Notes: a model not told the origin generated them from the sequence alone. Positions 25,903 through 37,717 are shown, numbered from the stretch's first letter. The stretch is DNA of 64,000 bases from Blastocladiella emersonii ATCC 22665 (GCA_025594325.1 JANHCV010000004.1:1302001-1366000), one strand, 5' to 3'. Program-made: numbers and translations.

Positions 25903-26754
25903 TCACTCCTCGCGCCCAAGGTCGTCATGGCCCCGCCACCGCTGAGGAAACCGGCCCGTGCGCTTGACGTAGCGCATGGTGTTGTGGTACAGGAGGCCGA
26001 GCGCCGCGGCACCCGAGCAGAGCGCAAACGCCTTTCGCAGTACAGGGTACGCACTCGAGCTGAGCCCCGCAGCGTGCGCGTCGGCCCACGTCTTGCTCCC
26101 GTCGTACGGGTACTCGATCAGCGCCATGCCCTGCAGGAGCAGCGAGAAGGCGCCGTTCATGGCCGGTTCGGCGGCGGCGGCGGAGTGTGCAAAGGTTGAG
26201 ACGAGCGGGGCAACGGCGGGGCTGAGCGCGGCGGGGGCGCTGAGGAGCGCAAAGACGGCGGTCCGGATGATGGTCGTGCGCTGTGCCTTGTGCAGCTCAG
26301 AGTCTAGGTCCCGGCTGGCATGGCGTTTCGCACCTTGATTCGGATCGAGGGACGCGACCTGGTACGCAAGCGACGCGGTCGACACTGCGAGACCCCACTG
26401 CACCGTCGAGATCAGCTCGGTGCTGCCCGTGAGCACGTCGAACGAACACGCCGCGTACGGTCCCGCGCATAGGACCATGGCGGCGAGCGAGCCGCGCTGG
26501 ATGTTGCGCTTCAAGGGCGACAGGATCGGCGTGTCGGTTGAAGAGGAAGCTGCTTGCCGAGGGGAAGTTGTGTGGCTCCCGCTCGCCCGGGTATCCGTCT
26601 GGACCTGCCGCGCCGGCGGAAAGCGGTACGGCAGTGCAGCGGCAGAGAGGGCACGAGCAGGGCGGCCGAGCGACCCGCGAAGCTCACTGCGCAGTCCGTG
26701 GGTGAGAAGGTGGCAACAGTTTATGGTCGCGAGATTCATCGTCGAGTAATACAT
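25903..26754 (-). CDS. Hypothetical membrane protein, tandem paralog 1
   Basis: Contains PILSPLKRNIQRGSLAAMVLCAGPY...QWGLAVSTASLAYQVASLDP, homologous to the neighbouring copy. Confidence 0.55.
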   Translation of the reverse strand: MYYSTMNLATINCCHLLTHGLRSELRGSLGRPARALSAAALPYRFPPARQVQTDTRASGSHTTSPRQAASSSTDTPILSPLKRNIQRGSLAAMVLCAGPYAACSFDVLTGSTELISTVQWGLAVSTASLAYQVASLDPNQGAKRHASRDLDSELHKAQRTTIIRTAVFALLSAPAALSPAVAPLVSTFAHSAAAAEPAMNGAFSLLLQGMALIEYPYDGSKTWADAHAAGLSSSAYPVLRKAFALCSGAAALGLLYHNTMRYVKRTGRFPQRWRGHDDLGREE

Positions 26755-27089
26755 GGTCCGGTCGCGGGGGAGAAGGGACGGGTGGAGTCGCTGCGACTCG
26801 AGGTGGGCTCGCTCAACGCCACAAGTCGCGCATTCCGTACATAGGTCGGACGCCGAAAGGACCAACGATGAACCAAGTGGAATATCCTGTTACATTGTCT
26901 CTGCCACCGTGGAGTGGGGTGGTCAGGAGGAGAGTGGAAGGCCCGCGGAAGCGGACGCGTCCTGTGACGCGTCGTTCATCTCGCCGCCCAAGCGGCGCGA
27001 CTCGCCCGCTCACAGTAAGTCTACAAGAATCATGGTTTCATTGGCGCATTATCTGATCTCGAGTAGATATCCAGGTGCTGGCTGCTAAT

Positions 27090-27988
27090 TTAGTGCTCAT
27101 CACTCTTTGCCGCGACTTCGAGCGACGCGTCGGCCTGCTTCGCTTCCCCCAGCATCTCCTTGGCGGTGTCTCTCGCGATGACGACGTGGTAGATGACGCT
27201 AGCCGCCGCCGCGCCCGAGCAAAGTGCAAGAAGTTTGCGAAGCGCCGGGTACCAGCGAGGAATGAGCTCGGCCGTATGTGCTTCGGCCAAGTCCTTGCTC
27301 CCCTTGTACGGGTGCTCGCCGAGCGCCATGGTCTGCAGGATCAGCGCGGCCAGCCTCGTAGCTGGCCCCTCGATCGGATACCCGACTGCCGAGAAGAGTG
27401 GGTTGAGGAGCGGCGAGGCGACGGGACCGAGGACGGCGGGGACGGTGAAGAGGGTGTAGATTGAGGCTAGGAGGATCGACCCGCGCTGGCGCTTGCGCAG
27501 CTCAGAGCCTATATGCTCAGTTGCGAGAGTGAGCGGACGAGTCGGGCATGGTGCGCGCAAGCTGACATACCTCGAATTGGGTCGAGGGAAGCGACCTGGA
27601 AGACGAGGGACGCGGAGGACAGAGCGAGGCCCCACTGCAGCGTCGAGATCACATTGGTGCCGCCCATGAACAGGTCGAGCGAGCTCAGCGCGTACGGGCC
27701 CGCGCAAACGACCGTGGCGGCCAGCGAGGCGCGTTGAAGGTTCTGCTTGAAGGGCGACAGGATCGGCTTGTTGGCAGGCGACGGTTCAAGTGGCGGCGGG
27801 GAAGGGGAGCTGCCCATGCGCGACCCAGCATCGGTTTGAATCAGTCGCGCCGGCAGGTTTCGATGCGGCGCGGCAGCAGCGATGATGCCGGCGGAGCGGC
27901 CGAGCAGCCCACCGAAACGCCAACTTGCACCGCCGGAGCAGTGGCGCCGAAAGAGCGATGACGTCGCACGATACATTGAGTGATACAT
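27090..27988 (-). CDS. Hypothetical membrane protein, tandem paralog 2 (2 exons)
   Basis: Contains PILSPFKQNLQRASLAATVVCAGPY...QWGLALSSASLVFQVASLDP; a GTATGT...TAG intron joins ORF 27509..28033 to ORF 27090..27707. Confidence 0.6.
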
Positions 27989-28162
27989 GGGCGGTTCGGG
28001 AGAGGAGGAGCAGTCTACGGCGCGACAGCACAAGAATGCACGGCCCGCATTCCGTACTCGCCCTCACAGGACCATCGCCCACTCGATCGGCCTCGCCGGG
28101 CTTGGCGTGGGGAAATTGAAGTGTATGAATGAGTTTCTTCGTCTTCATGTCCACAACGTAGA

Positions 28163-29050
28163 TCACAGCCGGCGAAGGGTGCGACTCCGCGTGTCCACCA
28201 GAATGCGTGCCCGCTTCGTAGCGGGCTCACCACCACCGCTGGCCGATGATGATGTCGGCGGGCGCGATGATGAGGCGCTGGTACTCGCCGTGACCGACCA
28301 TGCCCGTTTGGCGGGTGGTGGGGCCGTAGAGGCGGCGGCCGGCCGCTGCGACTTGGTCGCGACCTCGGATGAGCCAGACGCGGCGGGACGGTTCTCCTCG
28401 ACGCGGCAGGTCAGTCGTGGACGAGGCGATGATGCAGAACCGTCGTCGGGAATCGCGTGGATCTGCGTGAACCGGCGCGCCGACTCGGCGTACTCGCCGT
28501 AGTTCTCGATGAGCTGCCGCCCCGCCTCCTCGTTGAGCGCCGACTCGGGGTTCGGGTGGATGAGCAGGCACTTGATCACGACGAGCACGTCACGGATCCC
28601 GAGGGTCGGCTGCCAGTCGCGCTTGAGCGTCTCGACGCAGATGTCGCCGTTGCGCGACACGTTCGGGTGGTAGATCTTGGTCAGGAAGGTGCCTGTGCGG
28701 AAGGTAAGATGGGTGAGAGATGTGCGGGAGCACAAGGAGATGGACGCGTACCCCTGGGCGGCGCCGTTGGAAAGTCGGACGGGAGCGACAGTCGGACGCG
28801 AAAGTGTCCGCCGTCGTACGGTGTTCCCTCTACCACAGCCGAGTCAAATGACTGACTTACGCTTCTCGTAAGCAGGAAGAATCGCACTCTCCCCGACGAT
28901 GATGGCCTCAATCTCGCTCAGATTGGACTCGTTGAGCTCGAGGCGCACGCCATCCGGCGGACTGGACTGCAGCGACTGCAGCTCACGTAGGACGCGTTTC
29001 AAAGCAGATCCACGCGAAGCGAGTGATTTGCTGGAAGTGGTTGCTAGCAT
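28163..29050 (-). CDS. UBE2S: Ubiquitin-conjugating enzyme E2 S (3 exons)
   Basis: [60 protein letters not shown] and the C-terminal RTLRRL tail. Confidence 0.88.
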
Positions 29051-29607
29051 TTTATGTGGAATTCATGGAGTTGGGGTGCGTCACCGGGAGCTGCGGAAGG
29101 CTGTGGGAAGGACGCGTCGATCACTCTTCTCGCGCGCCGCTCCTCGCCTCAAACTCCCTTCGCCTCGAATCCTGGTCGGACCGGCGAGCACCGTGAGTTT
29201 ATTGCGACAAAAACGCAGCTATGTAAACACGTATTATGGCCTGGGCGAGCCCTGGACGTGGCAGCAGGAAAGAAAGCCTTGTAGCCGGGTCACGCGAAAG
29301 TCACGTGCCAGATGTGAGACGCGTTTTCTGTCTCGCACCTGGGTCTCTATCAAGTCCATCGTGTTTGCCGGAGCCATGAACTCTCACGTACCTTCGTTGC
29401 ACGTGGCAATGATCAAGGATATGACTGAATGTGGCGATGAAATCCGCAGTTCGAGTACAACGCAAGCGCGCGTCCTAAGTCGCGCCACTCGCGCATCAAG
29501 TCGGTCGCTCGTCAAATGACTGACGCTAACTGCGAGTTTGTCGTCGATGGCGGCGGCGATTCCGACGCCGTCGCTGCTGCTCGTTTGCGCGTCGCGTTGT
29601 CAAGCAC

Positions 29608-30819
29608 ATGCTATGCTGGCGACTGCGGCGCGGCGCTCAGCCCATCAACCAGTTTGGCGGGTCCATCAAGACGGACGGGTGTTTGGCGCGCGTACTCGTG
29701 TACCGCGACGGCATCCGCCCGCACGACCACGCGCCTTCAACCTCGCCGATCGCCAGCCTGCGTGATCCCGACCTCGTGCACTGCGCCCTCGCCGGCCCGC
29801 TCGTCCAGCCCGCCGTCGCCCTCTACGACCCACCGCTCGTCTTCTCCCCACGTCCACCCCCTCGTGTCGTCCGTCGCCGCGGCGCCGGCAAGAACCTGCA
29901 CGACGGCCCGATCCCGATCGGCGAAGACAAGACCAAAGCCGTCTCGATTGATCCCGGAGCCAACTCGCCGATCAAGGCCTTCTCCGAGTCGATTCTCGCT
30001 CGTCGTCAACCTCGTTGAGAGCGTCAACCAAGCTGCCGCGCTGCACGCTGACCCGCCGCCACCACCACCCGCCGCTGCACCTGCCGACGGCGCGTTCGGC
30101 GAGGGCGCGCTGCCCGTTGGTGCACCGGCTGAACCGCTCGCTGGCGCACTCGGCCCGCTGCGCGAGTCCCTGCTCAAGGTGGCGCAGACCAAGGAGGGCC
30201 TCGACCACCGCTTCGACGGCATCTCGTACGCGTTCCACCACAAGGTCGGTGCGCGACTCAAGGTGCGCCGCTCGCGCAAGTCGCGTACGGCGTACGGGCT
30301 CGACGTGCACGACCGACTGCAGTCGCGCACCCCTCGCGTCCGCTCGCCGGCAAAGTCCAGACCAACGTCGTGGCCGAGGCGGCGACGCTGCTCGAGTCCG
30401 ACCGTCCCAGGCTCGGCCGCCTCAACTTCAACACACACCAGCGGCGCCAGAAGATGTTCGGCAAACTCAACGAGTCGCTCAAGTGCGTCGTCGTCCTGCT
30501 CAGTCACTGGCTCCGCTACGGTCGCGGTATCCGCGTACCTCGCCGCGGATCCGTCGTCGAGATGGTCGACAAGCTGCTCCGCCGCGGCACTGAGATCCTG
30601 CGCGTGTCCCAGCGGTGTACGTTAAAGCGGCGCTCCGTCTGCGCCACGACCATCGTCGCGAAGGATGGGAGTCGCGTCATGACGCGCAAGGACTTGGCCG
30701 TGGTACCGCGATGCCACGCGGCTACACGGCCCTCAAGGCTGGACCAACATCCATCCCCTGCATTTGGTGGCCCCAGACGGGGCCCTGGAGCGAGGATCAT
30801 CGCGCTCGGGTCCGTTTAA
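29608..30819 (+). pseudogene. Decayed Fanzor1 (TnpB-like) gene, 'Fanzor C'
   Basis: Three consecutive frames give FGGSIKTDG, KAVSIDPGANSP (RuvC-I, D at about 29950), RLNFNTHQRRQKMFGKLNESLKCVVVLLSH (bridge-helix region) and LRVSQRCTLKRRSVC (RuvC-II with E changed to Q). There are two frameshifts and no RuvC-III motif. Confidence 0.7.
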
Positions 30820-30920
30820 GGTGACGCGCCTTGCTGGTTGACTTCCGCACTCCCCAACTTACATCCCGATCTTCCCCGACCCAAAAATAACGTTCCTGGA
30901 CTTCCAAACGGACGCAAAAG

Positions 30921-30991
30921 GGGAGAGCCGGGGATCGAACCCGGGGTCTTCCGCACCCAAAGCGGACGCCGTACCACTTGGCCACACTCCC
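30921..30991 (-). tRNA. tRNA-Pro (UGG), intronless
   Basis: The minus strand reads GGGAGTG...TGGTA...TCCGC-TTTGGGT-GCGGA...GGTTCGATCC...CTCTCCC. It forms a cloverleaf with anticodon TGG and A/B boxes, and is followed by a TTTT Pol III terminator. Confidence 0.92.
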
Positions 30992-31245
30992 TCAGAACCG
31001 CTTGTCCTGCAAAAGCTGGGGGTTTTGGAAGAATATAAGGCTCAGTGACAGATCTCGAGTGCGAGGCAGTGCTCATCCGCTCTGCTGACACTCCGAGCAA
31101 GTTTCGGGCGCTCCTCGTAGTCGCGTAGTGTCGTGAGTGTTGGATGGCATGATGTGAAGCTGATGACTCGCCGATTGTTGGTCCTTCCCGAGCAACTTCG
31201 CTCGAGACTGCTCTCCCCTTTCGCAGCACCTTCAAATGTCAACGA

Positions 31246-33122
31246 ATGAACGACTTCATGCAAAACCTTCAACCATCTCTTGCGGACATGCCCGCGGACG
31301 TGCTCGACTCGCTTCAGCCGTTCCTCGGCGCGACCGATACAGCCCGCCTCCGCGCTACGTGCCGAAGCCTTTCCGGTCTCTCCATGATCGCTTTCGCTCC
31401 CGAGCGCTTCTAGTGGTGCCTTGACAACAAGAAGCACGAGTCGGCCGTCGACCCCGCGACGGGTGGCCCGCTGCACGACGCGCGTGGCGACCGTGTGTCC
31501 GTCCTCAACCAGCTGCTCGACTCGCCCCTCATCAATCCGCTCGTTAAGAAGGGGGACCCTGCGCGTCCGCCTAAACCTCGAGCCTTCAATCTCCTCAACA
31601 GTTCCGATTTTATCAACTTCGTCAACTTCCTCCGTGGGCCCCTCGTCGGCCCGATCGCTGAAAAGGTCACCGGTTTATCGATCGCCGCTGCGCACGGCGA
31701 CATCGCTGTTGTTCTCCGCTACCTCGTCGACCCCGAGGAACGCTTTATTGGACGGCTTAGAAAAAAAATGGATCCAACCGGCCATCGGGGCCGACATGCA
31801 TGTGTCCGGTGTCCGTTCCAGAATGCATTACGACGCCCTCGAGGCCTTCTTTGGCTCTGTCGGCGACATAGTATCTCGCCAAGGCGGCCGCCAAGCCGCT
31901 CACCAAAACCTTCGCTTGTTCATGCGCTATGGCCTTGCGTTCTGGAGCAGCTTTGCGAAGCTACACTTCGATTTGCTCCTCGCCGCAGTTCGGGACCCCG
32001 ATCCCGCCCTCACCACACTTCCTCACTCAAGCTCGCTTTCAGTATATCACGGAGCGGCGGGTCGCCGAGTCCGATCTCTTGGCATACAGCGCCGAGAAGC
32101 GACGCTTGAGCTCCGAGCTCGCTATCGCTGTCCTCCTCGGCGACATGGAGCGCATTGTCGCGCTGATCCCGCACATGGAGCTGCGCGATCCCACGCTTGG
32201 CCATGAGGGCTGGTACGCCGGCTGCGAAGCTGCGGTGTTTCTTGCGCTGCACGCTGATCAAGACGACGTTATGGCCGAGCTTGCGCGCCATGGCGGCGAG
32301 TATTCGCCGGTGCGTTCCGCGGGCAGCTCGTGCGACCGATCGGGTCGCAGTGACCACGGTCACGTAGTTTCTTACGCCATCGAGGTTGGCGCTGCCAAGT
32401 GCATTCGGCACCTCCACGCCAACGTTTCGTTTGGCATGCCCGCACAAGTCCTTGCCGAGGCGCTGAACTCGGGCAACCCACTTATCGTTCGCAACCTCAT
32501 CCTCGCGCTCATTGATCGCGATATCAAGCACGGCGTTTTGCCTCAAGCCCTTGACAGCGATGATGACGAGTTCAGCGACGAGCAAAGCGACTTCTCCATG
32601 GGGGAAACACTTAAGCACACTGCGTACGTTCCCCTCGCGCTCTCGTCGTACGTGCTTAACGGCAATCAGCTCGAGCCGGACATGATTCGCGTGATCATCG
32701 AGGTGATCCCGCCCAAGCTCCTCTTGGCCCCCAACGTGCGCGACGGAGCTGTGATCGTATCTGGGCTCAATGACGTCGATTCCGAGCCACTGCTCCGCAT
32801 GCTTGCCGACCATCCCGGTTTCGACGCGATTCTTCGCGCTTCCTCGCCGAGTGGCGAGCTCCCGCCAGGTGATCCCGTCCGCTGGCTCCTGGACGTGGTC
32901 AGCGTCGAGGGCTGTCTCGGACCGTTTGGCAAAGACCCGGACGTGGCAATTCTTGCTCTTCGCGCAGAGGAAATGGAGAGGCGACTGCAAGAGGTTTCGA
33001 TTTGGAGCAACCTGGTTCCGAGGCCGCTCTCGCCGCTTCCGCCTGGCCGCGAGATTTACGCTGGCCGCGGTCGCGGTTGGGTGCCCTACTCGGACTGGTT
33101 GAAGCCGCGTTCGTTGATCTGA
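31246..33122 (+). pseudogene. F-box + ankyrin-like repeat pseudogene
   Basis: F-box LADMPADVLDSLQPFLGATDTARLRATCRSL; ankyrin-like IAAAHGDIAVVLRYL, YAIEVGAAKCIRHL and ALNSGNPLIVRNL. In-frame TAG at 31411 and two frameshifts (one at the A-run near 31760); no clear introns; lower GC than host genes. Confidence 0.65.
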
Positions 33123-33262
33123 TAATGTTATGAGCCCTTAATTTGACGCCTAATTGCTGTACAATAATAGAGTAGCTGAACTGAGCCGTGCGATAAGATC
33201 TCTCGGCAGCAACCTCGCAATCCGGTCCGGAACGAAGCTTTCATGACATCCTGTCAACTATT

Positions 33263-35095
33263 AGAGGACCTGCGGGAAAAACGGCGCGGCCGCCGGAGAA
33301 AAAAAAGGCGCGACCTGAAACACGCGGGGCAGGTCACGCGCCGTGATCACCGCGGCCGAGTTTTGTCTCGCGCTGCAAGGCGCGACTTTGACGCGTCGGA
33401 GCGGCGCTGCCGCCTGCCGTAATAACACTCTTCTTGTCAGGATCGAGCTGAGGGCAGGCGATCGGCACTTCTTTGTCTTGTCAGCCCGCGGCCGCGACGT
33501 ACAGGCTCCCGCCAGCTGGGCAGCGGCGGGTGGCGAGGCGCCGCGCATCGAGACATTCGTCACCGTGCACTTAGTGGTGCCTGGAGCGGAGGGCGCCTAC
33601 CAGCTCTCGTCGCTCGACGCGCACGCGCCGCCGCCTGTGTTTCTCCAGGCGGAGGCAAGCGCGGCGAGTGCCTCTACGTGTTCTCGCAGGCCCGCAACCA
33701 GACGCTCGAGGACACAATCGTTGCCAACGCCCACCGCAAGTACATGGTTGAGATCAACGAGACCCGGGTCGCGTTCGCATGGAACATGCTCTTGGAGAGC
33801 CAGGTCGCCCTTCTCCCGTTCCGCCGCACACAGTGAAGCAGCGGTCCGTGCCACTCGTGTTCATTCACACCCATCTCTTCCCTCCTCTGTGTTCGTGCCT
33901 CATGGATAAACTCGATTCCCTTCGTACTTTGACTCGTCCTTGAAACGGTTGCGTCTTCACACACGAACTGGCGGGCTTTTTTCTGCTGTTCGCGCTCAGG
34001 TTTTAGGAAATCCGACTCTCGCTCTCCAACGTGGACAACGGGCGTGAATCAAACCGATGTTAATACACGAGCATACAAGGGCATGAGAGAGAAGCGCCTG
34101 TTTCAGAGAGCAAAGTGAACGTGGCCGCTGATACATGTCGACCGTCGGTTGCAGGATCCCGATCTTGCCAGTGATATGGTTGCCGCGATAGAGACAGGTC
34201 TTGAGTTTGGTGAACAGGAACGCGGCAAAGTACAAGTCGCGGAGCGGGTGCTTGTAAATCTGGTTGCCCTTGCGGTAGTCGATGAACGCCCACTGAGCGA
34301 AAGCCCCACTCGATCGTTGAGCGTGCCGAACTCATTGTGCGCTTGTACGCCGCAAGTTCGGGCGTGAGCTCTCGACGGGGCGGAGTCCAAAGTGTCAGAA
34401 ACTGAGGATACGCCGAGTCGGACAGCACGTAGTGACGACCGTCGGGTTTCCGCGGAAGAGCTTGGAGCCGATCCAAGAGATGCGAGTGTCGTAGCACCAC
34501 GGCATCGTTGCAGGTAGTTGACGATGTGGGAAAGGCGCGTTTCGTCGTACGGGAAGATGGTACAGAGGTCGCCCATCCGGCACGGGTAAGAAAGGCGGCG
34601 AAGAAGAACGCAAAGAGCAGCAAGGCGAGGGACGGGACCGTGCCGATCGCCAAGTTCGATGAAGCGAGGAAGGAGTCGCTCCGCGAGGTATGATGTCGTT
34701 GCGCTGGAAGCGGAACTTGGCCCAGCAATCAGCGTCGTCAAATTGATCGAAGTCAAACGGTGCGGGTTGCCACAGCTGCCGACCTCGCGGACGCGGGCGC
34801 GGGGTCATGAGAAGCCGCACATGCTGATGCAGCGCGAAGACGACCGCGGCGGCAAGTGCCATGGCCACGGCCTGACGACGTGCTGCATGGAAATTCTGTC
34901 ATTGATTCATTGTGTTGCATCGAGTTAGAGCGGTGTATTTTGCGTGCAGCACGACGTGCGGAGGAGAGAAAGGGTCGAGGGAGCGGAGCGCGGTGGGCGA
35001 GCGACCGTGGCGGTCACGGCGCGTGACCTGCCCCGCGTGTTTCAGGTCGCGCCTTTTTTTTCCGGCGGCCGCGCCGTTTTCCCCGCAGGTCCTCT
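33263..35095 (-). mobile_element. PIF/Harbinger-superfamily DNA transposon (non-autonomous or deleted copy)
   Basis: TIRs at 33263-33346 and 35014-35095 (start AGAGGACCTGCGG, near-identical); 3-bp TSD ATT at 33260-33262 and 35096-35098; internal transposase remnants. Confidence 0.9.
33996..34868 (-). pseudogene. Harbinger (DDE_Tnp_4-type) transposase, frameshifted and internally deleted
   Basis: FDQFDDADCWAKFRF, LCVLLRRLSYP, NDAVVLRHS, VLSDSAYP, MSSARSTIEWGF and KTCLYRGN lie in different frames. The segment with the first catalytic Asp (xDGT) is not found. Confidence 0.8.
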
Positions 35096-35142
35096 ATTCG
35101 GCTACTTCGCGTCCGCAAAGCTCGGGCGAGGTCGAGCCAGGA

Positions 35143-37717
35143 ATGGTCAAGCGCGCCTACATCGACGCGGTGGTTTTGTGGCCGTGCATCAGCTGCCGCC
35201 AAGCCGTGGCGGTTCCCGCAGGTGGTCCGCCGCAAGCTGATCCAGCGCATCCAGAACAACGTGCGCCGCGAGTCGGGCTGCAGCGACCGCCGCACCGACC
35301 TGCTCGAGCTGTCCAACCGGCTCCAGCGCGTGGTCCGCAAGTTCCAGCACGAGGGGCTCATGGACCCGTCGTTCAAGCTCGAGTACTCGCCGCCCAAGCC
35401 GCGGTACGGCGGCACCTTCTTCACGGTCACCATGACCACGCTCCAGGAGATGATGCGGTTCCCAAAGGACCGCGCCCCGCGAGCTACCGAGGAGGAGATA
35501 CGCGTCCTCTTCGGCAAGAACCCGCCCGCTGAGCTCAAGTCGCACATCGAGGCCATCAAGAAGGCCCGCAAGCAGAAGCAGGCGCTGTCGCCCGAGGAGG
35601 CCGAGGTCGCCGCGGCGGTCGACAAGATCGCCATCATGGACGCCAAGGCGTCATGGGACCAGCAGCTGCAGATCGCGTCGCTCCTGTTCAAGCCCCGCTT
35701 CCTGTGGCGGTGTGAGGGCCTGAACAAGCGGTACCGAAATTGGTACACGGGCACGCTCAAGACGGACGGCTACGCCCTGCACATGCTCATGTACTCGGGC
35801 GGCATCTCGGTCAAGAACTCCAAGTCGCCCTTTGGCAGGCCGCCCAAGGCCGCCGCCGAGGCCACCACCACCGCGGCCGAGCAGCAGCAGCAGCAGCAGG
35901 CCGCCGCCGCCGCCGCTGGGGCCGAGGCCGAGGAGGTCGAGAACACCATGCTCGACGAGGTGGCGGCCCTCGACCCGGTGACGCGCGAGATGGTCGAGGA
36001 CGTGGCCAACGCCATCTTCGGCGGCGACGGCGAGGACGACGACGATGATGACGATGAGGAGGAGGAGGAGGAGGGCGACGCGGGCGACGAGGCGGGCGGC
36101 GGGTCGGGCGACTTCATGGGCTTCAACGTGCGCAAGGCCGTCAAGGAGTTCGGGATCAAGAACGAGCTCATCCGCGTCGCGCGCGGTAAGTATCTCGTCG
36201 GGATCGACCCAGGCGTCAACAACTTCATTTCGCTCATCATCCTCGAGTTTGTGTTCGCGCGCTCGCTCGTCCACCGACGACGAGCGACGCACGGCGACAG
36301 CCCGGCGCCGCTGTCCGAGGCCGACAAGCTCGCCTTCAAGGAGGAGGTGCTCAAGGTGATCACGCACCCCAAGGGCCTCGGCGAGTACCGGTACCTGCAG
36401 ATCTCGACGCGGCGGTTCCAGGGCCAGACGGGCGGCACCCAGGCCAAGGCCGACGAGGAGCGCGTCCGCGCCGAGAAGAACCTCGACCCCGTGTACGCCA
36501 AGATGTCCGAGGCGGCCAAGTCCAAGGACAAGATCGCCATGACGCAGACCAACACCAAGTACTTTGAGCCCGTGTACACGACCCAGAACCGCCTCGCCCG
36601 CAAGCGCCGCCACTTCAACCAGCTGTCGCGGCGGCAGCAGTGGTGGTCCAACATTGCCAACATGCTGCGCGACGCGGTCGTGCTCATCGGCCACGCCAAC
36701 GAGTTCGGCCACATCAAGGCCAAGTCCAAGGCCCCCGTCAAGGAGTTCATCCGCGAGATGCGCAAGCGCAAGGTCGACATCCACATTGTCAACGAGGCCT
36801 ACACGTCGAAGCGGTGCTGCGCGTGCGCGGCGGTCGCTCCCGACAACGGCAAGAACGGCTCGTGCGACCTCGGCACAGACCCGCACCAGCCTGGCAAGAC
36901 GTGGGCCAAGAAGGTGTGCCGGCGGTGCTGCCACGCCCTCAACCGCGACCGCAACGCCGCGCTCAACATTGCGCTGTACGCGAGCAACCTGCTGCGGTTC
37001 GAGGGCGACCCCGGCTACGCGGACGAGCCCGCCGACGGTCCAGGTGGTGGTGGTGATGGTGGTGATGGTGGTCCGGGTGCAGGAGGTGATGAGGACGGCA
37101 ACGACCACGGCCTCGACAACATGGACCTGGATCAAGACGACGCCGACGGCCAAGCCCGCAGTCGGTCCTCCTCGCCAAGCAGCTCGTCATCCTCAAGTCG
37201 TTCAAGGAGCCGATCGAGATCGCCAAGTGCGTCTTCCTCGTCTCGCTCCGCGCCCGCTTCCGCGTCCCGCAAGCGCCGTCGCGTCGCGTCCCCTGGGTCC
37301 CCTGGGTCCTCGTCGCCCGACCTCGTCAATGTGCAGCCCTCGTTGGCCTCGACTGTCCAGCCTCGCGCTGCGACGTCGGGTCGCCCGACTTTTTCAGCTG
37401 CGACGACGATGACGATTACGGCGGCGGGGCGGGCCGCGGGGCTCGGCTTGGCGCCTCGGCGGGCTGCGGTGCAGCAGTACACCAAGGACCAGGTCTCGCG
37501 CGCGGTCATGGCGGCGATGGTGCCCGCACGGGGTGCCACGACCACCACGGCCAGCAGCAGCAGCAGCAGCAGAAGCAACAACAACGAGCAGGCGACCGCC
37601 ATGGACGTGGACGCGGCCGCGCGCGAGTCGCCCGAGGCGCGCGTGTACGAGCACGCTCGCGCGCGCGGTCATCGCGGTCGTCGCGGTCGCGGCAAGGGCG
37701 GCAAGGGCGACAACTAG
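35143..37717 (+). CDS. Fanzor1 RNA-guided endonuclease, 'Fanzor A' (5' end uncertain)
   Basis: In the 831-aa ORF 35222..37717: YTGTLKTDG, VGIDPG (D329), VNEAYTSKRCCAC (E525), CRRC, NRDRNAALNI (D576). The likely ATG at 35143 (MVKRAYIDA) is in another frame, so a 52-nt intron (35170-35221) or frameshifts are needed. Confidence 0.9.

Noticed and set aside
33263-37717. Fanzor A as cargo of the Harbinger element
   Set aside because: Both TIRs and both TSDs close the element at 35095-35098, upstream of the Fanzor ORF.
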